This document shows, piece after piece, positions 51,374 to 61,327 of a stretch of 63,543 bases of DNA (within the stretch, counting starts at the first letter, position 1; each line of letters opens with the position of its first letter). The notes below the pieces were generated by a model, which did no database searches, was not told where the DNA came from, and saw only the letters and a program-made list of their open reading frames with translations. The position numbers and the translations under genes are program-made. Origin of the DNA: Bdellovibrionota bacterium (GTDB taxonomy: Bacteria; Bdellovibrionota_C; UBA2361; OMII01); assembly GCA_044345405.1 (NCBI GenBank), contig JBIJBE010000020.1:1-63543 (forward strand). The letters run 5' to 3'.

Positions 51374-52417
51374 TTACGGCGAGCCATACCAAGCCCCCCT
51401 CCCCTGCCCCTGGCGCTTGAGCAACCCTCGCCTGACGAGCTCAGAGAGTCGCGTTTTCACCGTAGGTCGCGGCGCACCGGTCAGCTCTTGAGCCTCACCT
51501 GTTGTGATCCGACCACGTCGCCTGGCCGCTTCAAGGATCGTAAGCGCATCTGGGTGCAACCCTTCAACTTGAGGCTCCCGAGCGATCTTTTCAGCCAGCC
51601 TCGTTGTCTGCTTCTTTAATGAACGCAAAAAGAATAACAGCCACGGTTCATAATCCGGCGCGTCCTGCTTCAGAGTTCCTTGCGTCCGTCGTAACGCGAG
51701 GTAGTAGCTTTCCTTATTCGCCTCAATCACACTTTCAAGGGAGCTATACGGCACATAGCCATATCCTGCCTGCAACAGTAGCAACGTCGTCAATACTCGC
51801 GACAGCCTCCCATTCCCATCTTGAAACGGATGGATCTCTAGAAATACAACTATAAATAGCCCGACGACCAAAAGCGGATGCCATGCACGATCTGCTAGCG
51901 CTTCACGAGTCCAAGCGACAAGCTCTTGCATTCGAAAGGGAGTATCAAAAGGCGATACAGTCTCGAAGACGACTCCAACGCTCTTTCCACTTGAGTCGAA
52001 CGCTTCCACATTATTGGGCAGCCTTTTGTACTCACCCCTGTGGCGTTCGTCTTTGATTGAATGCCGCAACAACATGGCGTGAAGCTGTTTAATGTAGTTC
52101 TCGGTGAAGGAGATATAAGCATGCGCGTCAAAAACTGCATCCATGACCCCGGCATATCCCGCGACCTCTTCCTCATCGCGGTTTTGCAAAGCTTGGCTCT
52201 GTAGCCGACCGAGAAGTTCCTCAACCTGAGCATCGCTTAGCTTTGCCCCCTCAATCCGCGTAGAGGATCCGATACTCTCTATGGTAGCTACGCGCTTTAA
52301 GACGGCTAGTCGCTCGGGGGCCAGGGTCGTAAGAGTCCTCCAGCTCCCTTTAAACTCGTCCACCTCTCCAATAAGCCGGAGCATTTCCGGCGAGATGTTT
52401 AAGCTGCTCGTCTTCAT
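51374..52417 (-). CDS. Fic family protein (class II, N-terminal inhibitory helix) with C-terminal wHTH
   Basis: HPFQDGNGRLSR catalytic motif, SSTRIEG inhibitory motif, and C-terminal ITTGEAQELTG..RPTVKTRLSELVRRGLL...GRGAWY. Confidence 0.93.
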   Translation of the reverse strand: MKTSSLNISPEMLRLIGEVDEFKGSWRTLTTLAPERLAVLKRVATIESIGSSTRIEGAKLSDAQVEELLGRLQSQALQNRDEEEVAGYAGVMDAVFDAHAYISFTENYIKQLHAMLLRHSIKDERHRGEYKRLPNNVEAFDSSGKSVGVVFETVSPFDTPFRMQELVAWTREALADRAWHPLLVVGLFIVVFLEIHPFQDGNGRLSRVLTTLLLLQAGYGYVPYSSLESVIEANKESYYLALRRTQGTLKQDAPDYEPWLLFFLRSLKKQTTRLAEKIAREPQVEGLHPDALTILEAARRRGRITTGEAQELTGAPRPTVKTRLSELVRRGLLKRQGQGRGAWYGSP

Positions 52418-52421
52418 GGGA

Positions 52422-52471
52422 TATCCATTTGCCTATCCATTTAGGTCCATTAATATCCATTACTATCCATT
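52422..52471. promoter_or_regulatory. five phased TATCCATT direct repeats upstream of the Fic gene (putative operator)
   Basis: Copies at 52422, 52434, 52444 (partial), 52454 and 52464, spaced 10-12 nt apart. Confidence 0.6.
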
Positions 52472-52783
52472 TAGGCTAATGGTCAACAGAAAAGCCGGAA
52501 GGCTATCGCCCGAACCGCCCCGTCGGTTTGGTGCAGGGTACTAGTGGATAGGGGGCGACTGGCACTAGCAAGCACTCCATAATCATTAGGAACGCCTGTA
52601 ATACCGGGGGGTTGCGCCGATATAAGGCACACGCCCTGTAGGGTTCTTGCTTTTTAGGGTGCGCCTAATAGGGGCCAAGCAACTCTGCCTAGGCTACGAG
52701 GGTTCCAAATGAGGCCATAACAAGGCGAACAGAAACGAGGAAGTAAGATTTGTTCGTTTGACACGTAACTTGATGAGGGAGAC

Positions 52784-54277
52784 ATGCAGTCGCAGCACTC
52801 AGGGGCACGCCCAATAAATCCAAAACCACAGACACCAGAAGAACGCTGCTTGGGCGATGTGTATGCAAAAATAAAACTAATCGTTACAAATGTGGAAACT
52901 CGTCTGACCAAGGAACTCAACAGGCCAGATCTCACCCTCGCTATCGGCGGCCGACTAGTAGAGAACAACGGTGTCGTTGCCCAGGGATTTGAGAATATTA
53001 CAGGACTGACCCAACCGTCGCTTACACCCGCAGAGCGAGAGATACGACTCACCGCACTCATTGACGAAAAGACACGGCAGCTTCTTGTAAGCCCACCAGC
53101 TATAACACCCGATTACCAGGCATACATTGAATCGTTCGGGGTTTCGATTGCCCACAACCCTGGAGATCCTGGATTCTCGCCTGCCGAGATGAAAACACAA
53201 AGTCAACAACATCTACGCGAGCGCATATCAGAGGCAGTTGCTGAGCTTACGCGACAGAAGTTCGAGCAGCTAGCAGTTAGCCACATTCTAACACCACCTC
53301 TGCCTCGGGGTCCCGATTTGAATCCTTTACTGGATATCCAACAGCGGCTTTTGGACTCCCAGGAGGCAACCCGAGCTCAGCAGGCGGAACAGAACCGTCT
53401 GCAACAAGAACAGCAGACGAAAAGAACACCCGAACAGATAAAGGCTGAAGAAGTCCGAGGTAAGATCCAGGACATCCTTAGACCTAATCAAAACCTTGCT
53501 CATGACAAAATCTATGAGTGGATCGAACAGGGCATAGATCTGGCGGCCGATAAAGATCGATTTGTCGAGAGGCTTAAGAACACGGGTCTCATTAAATACA
53601 CCAACCGTCCAAAAATCGACCTCGATACCGGGAAACAGACCGATTGCTACGATGTCTATGCGGGTGAAATAAAGTCGGACTATTTTAAAGTGCGCCGTAT
53701 GATCAGCTTCGCTTCCTGGGGAGCGACTCTTGCGGCAACAACTTCTCTCGTGATGGTTGGAGCGTCTGCCGGGGCCGCAGGACTCGCTGCCGGCCTGGGG
53801 ATGGTTTGTGCCGTCAATCTACTCAATATGGGTGTTCAATCGGTCATCAAAAAAATTCATACCGATACCTTTACGAAAACCTGGAAAGAAATTCAAAGCG
53901 AACTTGACACTAGCGATCTGAGGCGAGTGCCTGCCCTAACGGGTCTAATGTACCTCCTTGTCGATAAGTACAGTCCCGTAATTCTGATGAAAAACCAGAC
54001 AAAGCTTTGGCAATTTGGACAGCCGATGTCAACAGATGCAGTCCTTGACCACCTCAAAGAGGCCTCCGCTGCTGCGCTCAACAACATATCGGGCACCACC
54101 GGAGAATATACCAAGGTTACCGACGTACAGAAAAAAATCCAACTCGCTAAAACCGGTCTTGATAATCTTGAGAAACGATGGAACTGGCATTGGGGGGCGA
54201 GCACTTGGTGGGGCTCAACTTTAGCATCCACCTCCTTCCTTGGCTCGCTAGCTCTTGGGGCGACGGCGTTTCTATAA
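52784..54277 (+). CDS. orphan protein with coiled coil, internal hydrophobic hairpin and hydrophobic C-terminus
   Basis: 497-aa ORF with a GAGGGAG RBS and no signal peptide; SWGATLAATTSLVMVGASAGAAGLAAGLGMVCAV segment. Confidence 0.75.
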   Translation: MQSQHSGARPINPKPQTPEERCLGDVYAKIKLIVTNVETRLTKELNRPDLTLAIGGRLVENNGVVAQGFENITGLTQPSLTPAEREIRLTALIDEKTRQLLVSPPAITPDYQAYIESFGVSIAHNPGDPGFSPAEMKTQSQQHLRERISEAVAELTRQKFEQLAVSHILTPPLPRGPDLNPLLDIQQRLLDSQEATRAQQAEQNRLQQEQQTKRTPEQIKAEEVRGKIQDILRPNQNLAHDKIYEWIEQGIDLAADKDRFVERLKNTGLIKYTNRPKIDLDTGKQTDCYDVYAGEIKSDYFKVRRMISFASWGATLAATTSLVMVGASAGAAGLAAGLGMVCAVNLLNMGVQSVIKKIHTDTFTKTWKEIQSELDTSDLRRVPALTGLMYLLVDKYSPVILMKNQTKLWQFGQPMSTDAVLDHLKEASAAALNNISGTTGEYTKVTDVQKKIQLAKTGLDNLEKRWNWHWGASTWWGSTLASTSFLGSLALGATAFL

Positions 54278-54327
54278 AACAAGGCAAAAATAAGCGATGA
54301 TTGAATGTAGTTTTTAGGGGGAATGAT

Positions 54328-55341
54328 ATGGCTCCAGGACCAGGCCCAACAGGAAGGATCAACGCAGCTAACGCACGGGTAGTACCGCCCGACCAACAGT
54401 ATCTCGACAACGCGGCGGAGCAACTTGAGACTATCGTAGATAGAGTGGTGACTCCACTCACAGCACGCCTCTCTGCCAGTGGCTATCTTGAGATCCGGAC
54501 GATATCGGGATTAGATGATCCAACTGTTAAAGAAGCGGATCGGAAGGGTCGCATATCAACGGCGGCCGGAACCGAGGTGACAACATTGCTCGCATCGGCT
54601 CGCGCCGGCCTCGCCACAACGGTTGATCTCACAAAAGCAAGCGCACTTGGCCTTGACCCAGCTCGGGTTAAGGTTCTGCTTGATCAATTGCTTGTGGAAC
54701 GCCTGAAAGCTGCCGTTGAAGGTAAAATGACCGAGTCCCTTCAGGATCTCGTTAAGAAGAGGAACGACTTCCGAACCGACCGCGGTACTGAAGCAAAAAA
54801 AGTAGCCTCTGATATGGCAGATCGAATCGGGAACGAACTCGACAAAAATAACAAACAGGAGTTACGGACCCTCTTAAAGACTAGGAAGACAGGGATATCG
54901 ACCTCCGAACGTGGAGCACTCATTACGAGGTCCGCAGCAGCAAAGGCAGCTGACGGGTTGGGGGCCTCCTTGTCTGAGCTGGATACTAGGGTTCCGTGGG
55001 CTCGAGCAACGGCGCTGGGACTGGATGTGACCACAGAGAGAAAAGACGCCGAAACCGAACTTACGCGATATCTTGAACGATCAATCGCGAACAAGTTGAC
55101 GGAAGGATATAGACAATTGTGCACGGAGAGCCAAAAGCAGGGCGAGGACAGAGCTACCGCATGGGGATGGGCAAAATGGATTTCTCCCTTCGCCGTCGCT
55201 GCTGCCACATACGCAACTATAGCAGTCATTGGAGGAACCAGCGCTGTCTTTTGGGTTCCCGTTGGAACCGTGGTAGGAATAGCCAGCATCGGCTTCTGTC
55301 TATGGAGACAAAGTGCCAATCAAAATGGTCACCTGAAGTAA
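54328..55341 (+). CDS. orphan helical protein with C-terminal bilobed hydrophobic hairpin
   Basis: No signal peptide; WISPFAVAAATYATIAVIGGTSAVFWVPVGTVVGIASIGFCLW near the C-terminus. ORF track start 54301. Confidence 0.75.
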   Translation: MAPGPGPTGRINAANARVVPPDQQYLDNAAEQLETIVDRVVTPLTARLSASGYLEIRTISGLDDPTVKEADRKGRISTAAGTEVTTLLASARAGLATTVDLTKASALGLDPARVKVLLDQLLVERLKAAVEGKMTESLQDLVKKRNDFRTDRGTEAKKVASDMADRIGNELDKNNKQELRTLLKTRKTGISTSERGALITRSAAAKAADGLGASLSELDTRVPWARATALGLDVTTERKDAETELTRYLERSIANKLTEGYRQLCTESQKQGEDRATAWGWAKWISPFAVAAATYATIAVIGGTSAVFWVPVGTVVGIASIGFCLWRQSANQNGHLK

Positions 55342-56412
55342 GGAACCCGAGAGTTCATTTCAAAAGCTCTCCGACCGCGACTTACTGCACTCAGGCAAGG
55401 TGTCGGCTTCTGAAGCACTACTACTTGATGCATCGCGGCGCCGACACCTCCGTGTGACTTCTCCCTACATTCTCACGCAATTGATTTCGCGGAACTTCGC
55501 TTATAGTGCATCTTCGAAAGGCTCTTACGTCGCTGTTCGCCGACAAGATTAAAGTTCTTCTATGAACTCCTCACGTTTGAGTGAACCGTTCTGTTAGGTT
55601 CTTACAATCTCGAATGTTCGTCTCCCTGCGTGCCAGAAGCTCCAATCGAAAAGTCCCCTCAGCAGCGGCACACGAAAACATGGATCCTCCGGGTATCTCC
55701 AAATAAAGAAACCGGCCCCCGCAACACCACAATTCATACGCCCGCGTCCGTGAAGACCGTTTAGCAACGTTCCTTCATAGGAGATCGGGTCGGCCGTTGA
55801 GTCATTCGATTCTTGAGGTGCGTTGGAGTTCTTTCCACCCACATGGCAAGTTTCAGAGCCTGCGAATGATGTAGGTCACCACCGAACATCACATGAGACA
55901 ATTCGCTCTCATGACTGGCGAGTGATACCGCACAAATGACATGGGAGCAGAACAAATCTTAGCGGACAGCTCTGTCACAGGATCTGCTTTCGTCCCCATC
56001 GTGGAAGCCCTTCCAACAACAAGAGGAACTACCGACAGTTCGCGATCATCCGAAGTGGAACGAGAAACCGTGAAAGCTTATCAACGCCAAGGGCGCTTGG
56101 GGGCTAACTTTTTCCCACATCGAAACGCAATTCATCACGAAACCACGTCAGTCTTATACTCGTGCACAGCATGCTTCCACATTAAACGATATAACGCGTC
56201 TTGAGCCCTAGCCTCGATATTAATTTCACATACTACCCTGGAACCGACAGTAACCGGACGACGCGTAACACGCTGACTCAATTCGGGTCGCATCCTCACT
56301 GAAAGACTCCACCTTCTGGATACTAAGAAGGGCATATCTGAGGGAGCTTGTAGTAGATTATCTGCTGCGTGAGACCACTGGAACCAAAGTGCCGCAAAAC
56401 ACGGTCAACCTG

Positions 56413-59400
56413 CTACTTACCAGGCTTACCATCCCAGTTGTCAGCCCACTCCTGGACGGATTCAACGCCCTTGGTTGCAAGGCTCCCAGCCTCCTTAATC
56501 GCATTGCCAGCACCTTGTTTCACGGCAGCGGACTCTGATTCACTTATATAATTGGAGCCAGTACTACCTTGCTTAGCACTCTGAACAATCGAGCCCGTCA
56601 TGGTGTAGTGTCCACCCCCCTCTGCCCAGCTGCTGTTAATACCAGCGCTGCCGAAATCTCTCTGGCCATTGGCGCTCATGTTGCTGATCGACTGCTTCAG
56701 ACCACCTTCATCAACGCTATACCATGCAGCTCCTGACGCATTGTTGTTGGCGTTCTGGACGGCCTTGCCACCCTGTACACCCCAACCGTCGAGCATACCT
56801 GAAACCGCGAGCTGATCCATCTGCTGAGGCTTGTCGCCAGGCGCCAAGCTTCCGGCGTTCATTCCCGCGATACCTCCCATCGCTGAGGCGTGTGCCGCGA
56901 ACTCATTCTTAGCTTCCCATGCTGCCGACTGAGCTTCGTAGTCAGCGGCGGAGCTGAGCTTACCACCGGCGTCTCGCAATCTATTTTGGTTCAGATCATT
57001 AGCCCGCGACTGCCAGCCAATGTCTTGTCCTCTCGCCGCCGATTGAACAGCCATGCCATCCATTCGATGACCTAACCCTACCATCGCGGCTCTTTCGCCT
57101 ACATCGGCACCAGACCCAATCCACCCCCTGGCGTTTCCATAGCCAGTTGGAGCACCGCCACCACTTGCAGGATCGCCGCCTGTCTTACTCGGGAAGATCT
57201 TCTCTAGTCCATTCTTATCAAGACCACCAACGACGGCTCTACCCAAACCCGCACCACGTCCAAAGCTATCCATGGTATTTCGAGCCAATCCTGCTCGGGT
57301 GCCAAGGAAGTCCTTCTCTCCACTTAGCGCGGCGTTATCAACTCCCAAGTTAGCGCTATCCATGCCCGCTTGGAGACTCTGCGCTGCAAAACTTGGCCCT
57401 TGACCTTTCGCGCCAGTTCCAGCACGCATCGCCTTCGCAACTGCTGCCTGTCCAAGGGATGCTTTGTTTGTCATCAGTGAGTTGACAGATTGGTTCTGCG
57501 CTCCAGTCTTCGCCGCCTGAGCACCATCGTTACCAACCGCGCTGAAGGCGTCCTTCACGAGACCTGCGCTGCCGGCTTTAGCGCCGAGAACGAGTTGTCC
57601 TGTTACCGCTGGTACCGCGAGGTAGAGCGCGGACATGATGTAGATGTACCAGCCGTTTGAGAGGTCGAGGTCGACGTTCGCGCCGACCATAAGGAGCTTG
57701 TCGAAGAGCTCGAAAGCCTCCTTCACACCTTGGTCAACTCCTGCGCCAGGACACTGACTAGCGTCGATCGTTCCGGTATTGAGTGAACAAACGCGAGGTA
57801 TCGCGGCGTGAGCGGCGAGAGCTGATGGGTTCAATACGCCGAAACCACCACCGTTTCCAGGAGCTACGGGATTCTCAACGCCGATACCACCTACCTTGCC
57901 TGCTACCTCAATGAGGGTGCGTGCGGTGGTACCCATGTAAGAGTTGTTTCCGATCATCGCCCAGACGCCACGCTCGATAACGTGAACCATCGCGAATCCA
58001 ACGTCCCACAACTTGATCCAGGCGAAGAAGGACACCCAGGTAAAGAACGCTTTATAGTGACCTGGCAAGATCACCATCATGCACGCGATTGGGTACGCCA
58101 CAAGAAGGAAGTACGCCAAGATGCCCTGAAGATATGGCATCATGACAGCGGCGTTATAGAGCTCGATGAACTTTCCTTTCGAACCGTACGCTCGGATGTT
58201 CGCCTCAGAGTAACTGCGAGCTTGTTCAGCCGGAGCGTACCGCTGGTCAACGCTCGTCACCTGAGGAGCGGAGATCAATTCATTTCGCACGATGTAGGCG
58301 AGGATAAGGTGCTTCAGGAAGGCCTTTTGATGCTCTTCCTGAATATCGTCACCGAGCTTCTCACGTACGTCCCATCCGTAGAGAAGGGTCGTTACGAAGC
58401 CTTCCTCATCGAATCCATCGGGAGAGCTTCGGATCATCTGGTAGTAGGCGCTTCCGGCCTCGAATCGAAGCGCTTGGATAATCGTCCACAGGTACTCTGA
58501 GCATACGATGCCCACACCACGGCCGGTCTCTTTCGGCTTTGTTTTAAGTATTGGTGAAAAGTTGAGGAATGAGCCTGTTTTAGTGCCACTTCCACCACCT
58601 AGCTTCTCCTTAAAGAGACGTCCCAACGAGCGAGGTGTTGGGATGGAGGTGCTGCCCAAGAGGTCCTGCATCACCGTGTAGTCCTTGCTATCGTTAGCGT
58701 TGAAGACGGTCTCGATTGGCGTAGCGCCCCGAGCCTGCGTAGCGGCGATATACGCGCCGGAATCAATGCCCTGCTTAAAGAGGTCTCCGCACTCAGAAGC
58801 GAGGAAGGTTACAAACGCGTCTCGAACGTCCGGGTTTCGGATCGTGGATGCAGTGATATTTTCGACGTAGCTCCACTTGAGATTCGCGAGCAACCACCAC
58901 GCGTCTTTGCCACCACTTGTAGCTTTGTTAGACAAGTTGGACTCAGCGCCTCCGTTATCGACCTGACGACCGATACCGGTCCACTCAATAAGGATATTGG
59001 CGGTAGCGCTGAACAACTCATCAAGGAATACCATCGGCATGGCTACGTCGTATTGAGCCTGCGGTCCGTATTTACCCTTAATTTTGAGAAGTCCATCTTT
59101 TACGAGTCTTGTATTAGCGAGACCCGCCTCGGCGTTTCTCCACACCTCGCTCATGTCCTCCGCCGCGCGGTTAGCGACAACCCAGTTAACGCCCTGAACC
59201 TTCATCGTCGTTCCAACGAGGAACGAGAAGAGCGCTGGCCCGATAAAGAACCAGGTGTAATTACGCATCGGAGAGTTGGTCGCGACACCGATAAGTCCGG
59301 TGATAGCGGCGGCGATGTAGAGGAGCACCGCCCACTTACCGAAGTGCGTGGTGCTGAGAAATCGCAATACATCAGAGTGCGTTACGTAGCCGATATTCGC

Positions 59401-59592
59401 CCACGCGGTCGTGATCGCGGTATAGAACGATCCTGGGCACGTTTTCGATGTGCACGGGGTCGCGGACTGAACCGAGAAGGATACAAATGAGTAGTCTGCT
59501 CCAAACACCGCGGTGGAGGCGTCAGCAGCCACACCCGTTGCAAGGGTCATTACCACGTTGAGGAGGGACATTATCGTTGTGTATATATCCAC
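56413..59592 (-). CDS. TraG-like (TraG_N domain) F-type T4SS inner-membrane/mating-pair stabilisation protein
   Basis: 1059 aa with N-terminal TMs. MMPYLQGILAYFLLVAYPIACMMVILPG...FFAWIKLW..FAMV and LYLAVP match TraG_N. Long Gly/Ala/Ser-rich C-terminal region. Confidence 0.75.
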   Translation of the reverse strand: MDIYTTIMSLLNVVMTLATGVAADASTAVFGADYSFVSFSVQSATPCTSKTCPGSFYTAITTAWANIGYVTHSDVLRFLSTTHFGKWAVLLYIAAAITGLIGVATNSPMRNYTWFFIGPALFSFLVGTTMKVQGVNWVVANRAAEDMSEVWRNAEAGLANTRLVKDGLLKIKGKYGPQAQYDVAMPMVFLDELFSATANILIEWTGIGRQVDNGGAESNLSNKATSGGKDAWWLLANLKWSYVENITASTIRNPDVRDAFVTFLASECGDLFKQGIDSGAYIAATQARGATPIETVFNANDSKDYTVMQDLLGSTSIPTPRSLGRLFKEKLGGGSGTKTGSFLNFSPILKTKPKETGRGVGIVCSEYLWTIIQALRFEAGSAYYQMIRSSPDGFDEEGFVTTLLYGWDVREKLGDDIQEEHQKAFLKHLILAYIVRNELISAPQVTSVDQRYAPAEQARSYSEANIRAYGSKGKFIELYNAAVMMPYLQGILAYFLLVAYPIACMMVILPGHYKAFFTWVSFFAWIKLWDVGFAMVHVIERGVWAMIGNNSYMGTTARTLIEVAGKVGGIGVENPVAPGNGGGFGVLNPSALAAHAAIPRVCSLNTGTIDASQCPGAGVDQGVKEAFELFDKLLMVGANVDLDLSNGWYIYIMSALYLAVPAVTGQLVLGAKAGSAGLVKDAFSAVGNDGAQAAKTGAQNQSVNSLMTNKASLGQAAVAKAMRAGTGAKGQGPSFAAQSLQAGMDSANLGVDNAALSGEKDFLGTRAGLARNTMDSFGRGAGLGRAVVGGLDKNGLEKIFPSKTGGDPASGGGAPTGYGNARGWIGSGADVGERAAMVGLGHRMDGMAVQSAARGQDIGWQSRANDLNQNRLRDAGGKLSSAADYEAQSAAWEAKNEFAAHASAMGGIAGMNAGSLAPGDKPQQMDQLAVSGMLDGWGVQGGKAVQNANNNASGAAWYSVDEGGLKQSISNMSANGQRDFGSAGINSSWAEGGGHYTMTGSIVQSAKQGSTGSNYISESESAAVKQGAGNAIKEAGSLATKGVESVQEWADNWDGKPGK

Positions 59593-59608
59593 GATCTACC
59601 TCCTACCT

Positions 59609-61327
59609 TTAGTTCTTAACCACCTGGTTCTCGCCAGGGCGCAAGACCGGACCCGCTCCTAATTGTCCCTGCGTCAGCTCACTCATGTGTGTTACGAAAT
59701 CGTAGTAGCGCCCACGATTCGCCTGCAACTCAGCGTCGATGTTCATACCTGAGAACGTTCTATTGAAAAGGCGGTTGAGGAGGTCTCCGGCGAGGGGCTC
59801 AGTTACGAATCGGCTCGAGATCGTGTAGAGAGAGCGATAGGTGTGGAGAGTGCGAGAGCGCGCGATCATGTAGGAGAGGTGAAGAACAACTCGGTTCTTC
59901 AAGCAGCCCTTCTTAGGTCCACAATCGTTGAGGTTGTTTTGAGAGCCTGAGGGGGCAGCACCTTCCTCGGGAATGCCCTTTTCGTCCAGTCTGAGTTGGT
60001 CGCACTGATACTCTCCTACGGGACGATGCTCCATGTGAAGCTTCATCAACTGATCGAGAACGTTCATCGTAAAGGTAATATCAGGAGCGCTTGAGAGCTC
60101 CCATGGATTGCCGAGACCGTCGTTACTTCCACCGATTTTCGTAGTCGTAGTGCTCGTCTCCATGTCAAAGACCTTCTTGTTCGTGTTTGGATTGCTCTCC
60201 TTCCATTTACAGTACTCAAACAGGAGGGTGTTGATGTTCTGCCAAACAACCTGCACCTCTTCCCAGTTGAGACGAGCGACACCGCGACGAACTCCCTTTC
60301 CGGTAGCTCCTGCAGCCGTCTCTGCCTCCGGAGCCTTGTAGGTGATGCGCACATCACGAGCAAACTTTGACTTCGTACTATCGAGATAGATCTCAACATC
60401 TCCAACAAGTGAGACGAAATCCTTTCGAAGCTCGGTAATCTTTTCGTTTGAATATGCACTCCCCCCTAAACTCGGAGGTCCCATGAAGTCTTCTTTGCCA
60501 GTAACAAAGAGCATATCCGAGAGGGCGCGTCTCTCTTTGCTGCTCTTGGTATTGCCCTCAGCGCTTACGAGCTCAAGATCGTATGGATTAGTCGCGGCGC
60601 TGAGATCGGACATCTGCGGAGCGTTCGCCGCTTTTCCATCATCCCCTGACGCGATGTACAGAGCCGCTGGCCACACATCCTTATTCTTCCCGGTCTGCAT
60701 CTCCTTGGCGATCTTGTTGATGTAGGCCTCCTTCATCTTGCCGGTGTCATCGGTTGCCTCGAGGAGCTTGAGTTGAAAGTCTTGGGACTGGATCATGTTC
60801 GACATGAGGTTAGAGCCGATGTTCATACCACCCATGAATCCTGTCGCGGCTCCGTTCTCCACCATCATGTAGGTTTGCATGAGAACGGTAGCCTCGGAGG
60901 CGGTCAGCTCTTTGAGAAGATTCTTCGTGATAGGTGAGTTAAGGATCTGCGCGAGACCTTTGAGCGGCGGAAGCGAGATGTTCACATTCTTTCGGTCATT
61001 AGCGCCGTAGTCCGGCAATACTCCATTTTGCTCAAGATATTTGTCGGGCTCGGAGAGCGAGTCAGAGAACGCCTGGTCACCTGGAAGTGGAGGAAGCGCG
61101 AACTTTTGAGCGAGCGCGTTATCAGTACCGTATCGACCTACCTGCTCAACGCCACGCTTCGTCTCAGCCTTCATGATCGAGCGCGATATCCTCGAGGGAT
61201 CGTTGTACTGTCCGAGGAGAGGGTTCTGGGCTGATGCTACGGTTGGGCACAACGTCGCCATGATGCTGGCGAGCACGAGAGCTAACGAGGTAATTTTGAG
61301 ATTGATGTTTTTCAACTTCTCACTCAC
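59609..61327 (-). CDS. exported protein, TraH-like (putative)
   Basis: Signal peptide (ASA-Q) and position between TraF-like and TraG-like genes. DFVSLVGDVEI recalls the TraH MSLxGTxI motif; several Cys. Confidence 0.5.
   Translation of the reverse strand: MSEKLKNINLKITSLALVLASIMATLCPTVASAQNPLLGQYNDPSRISRSIMKAETKRGVEQVGRYGTDNALAQKFALPPLPGDQAFSDSLSEPDKYLEQNGVLPDYGANDRKNVNISLPPLKGLAQILNSPITKNLLKELTASEATVLMQTYMMVENGAATGFMGGMNIGSNLMSNMIQSQDFQLKLLEATDDTGKMKEAYINKIAKEMQTGKNKDVWPAALYIASGDDGKAANAPQMSDLSAATNPYDLELVSAEGNTKSSKERRALSDMLFVTGKEDFMGPPSLGGSAYSNEKITELRKDFVSLVGDVEIYLDSTKSKFARDVRITYKAPEAETAAGATGKGVRRGVARLNWEEVQVVWQNINTLLFEYCKWKESNPNTNKKVFDMETSTTTTKIGGSNDGLGNPWELSSAPDITFTMNVLDQLMKLHMEHRPVGEYQCDQLRLDEKGIPEEGAAPSGSQNNLNDCGPKKGCLKNRVVLHLSYMIARSRTLHTYRSLYTISSRFVTEPLAGDLLNRLFNRTFSGMNIDAELQANRGRYYDFVTHMSELTQGQLGAGPVLRPGENQVVKN

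Larger units (their letters stand above)
49661..52556 (+). repeat. array of six structured ~36-nt direct repeats, consensus GCCCGAAGTTTGGTAC-AGG-GTACTAGTGAATGGGGC
   Basis: Copies at 49661-49687 (degenerate), 51006-51041, 51116-51151, 51229-51261, 51319-51354 and 52517-52556, all in the same orientation. Confidence 0.85.

Noticed and set aside
52422-52471. DnaA-box cluster or replication origin
   Set aside because: TATCCATT deviates from TTATCCACA at several positions, and there is no AT-rich unwinding element or dnaA/rep gene nearby.
49661-52556. Classical integron attC sites
   Set aside because: No RYYYAAC...GTTRRRY box pair, the units are shorter than attC, and no IntI gene is seen.
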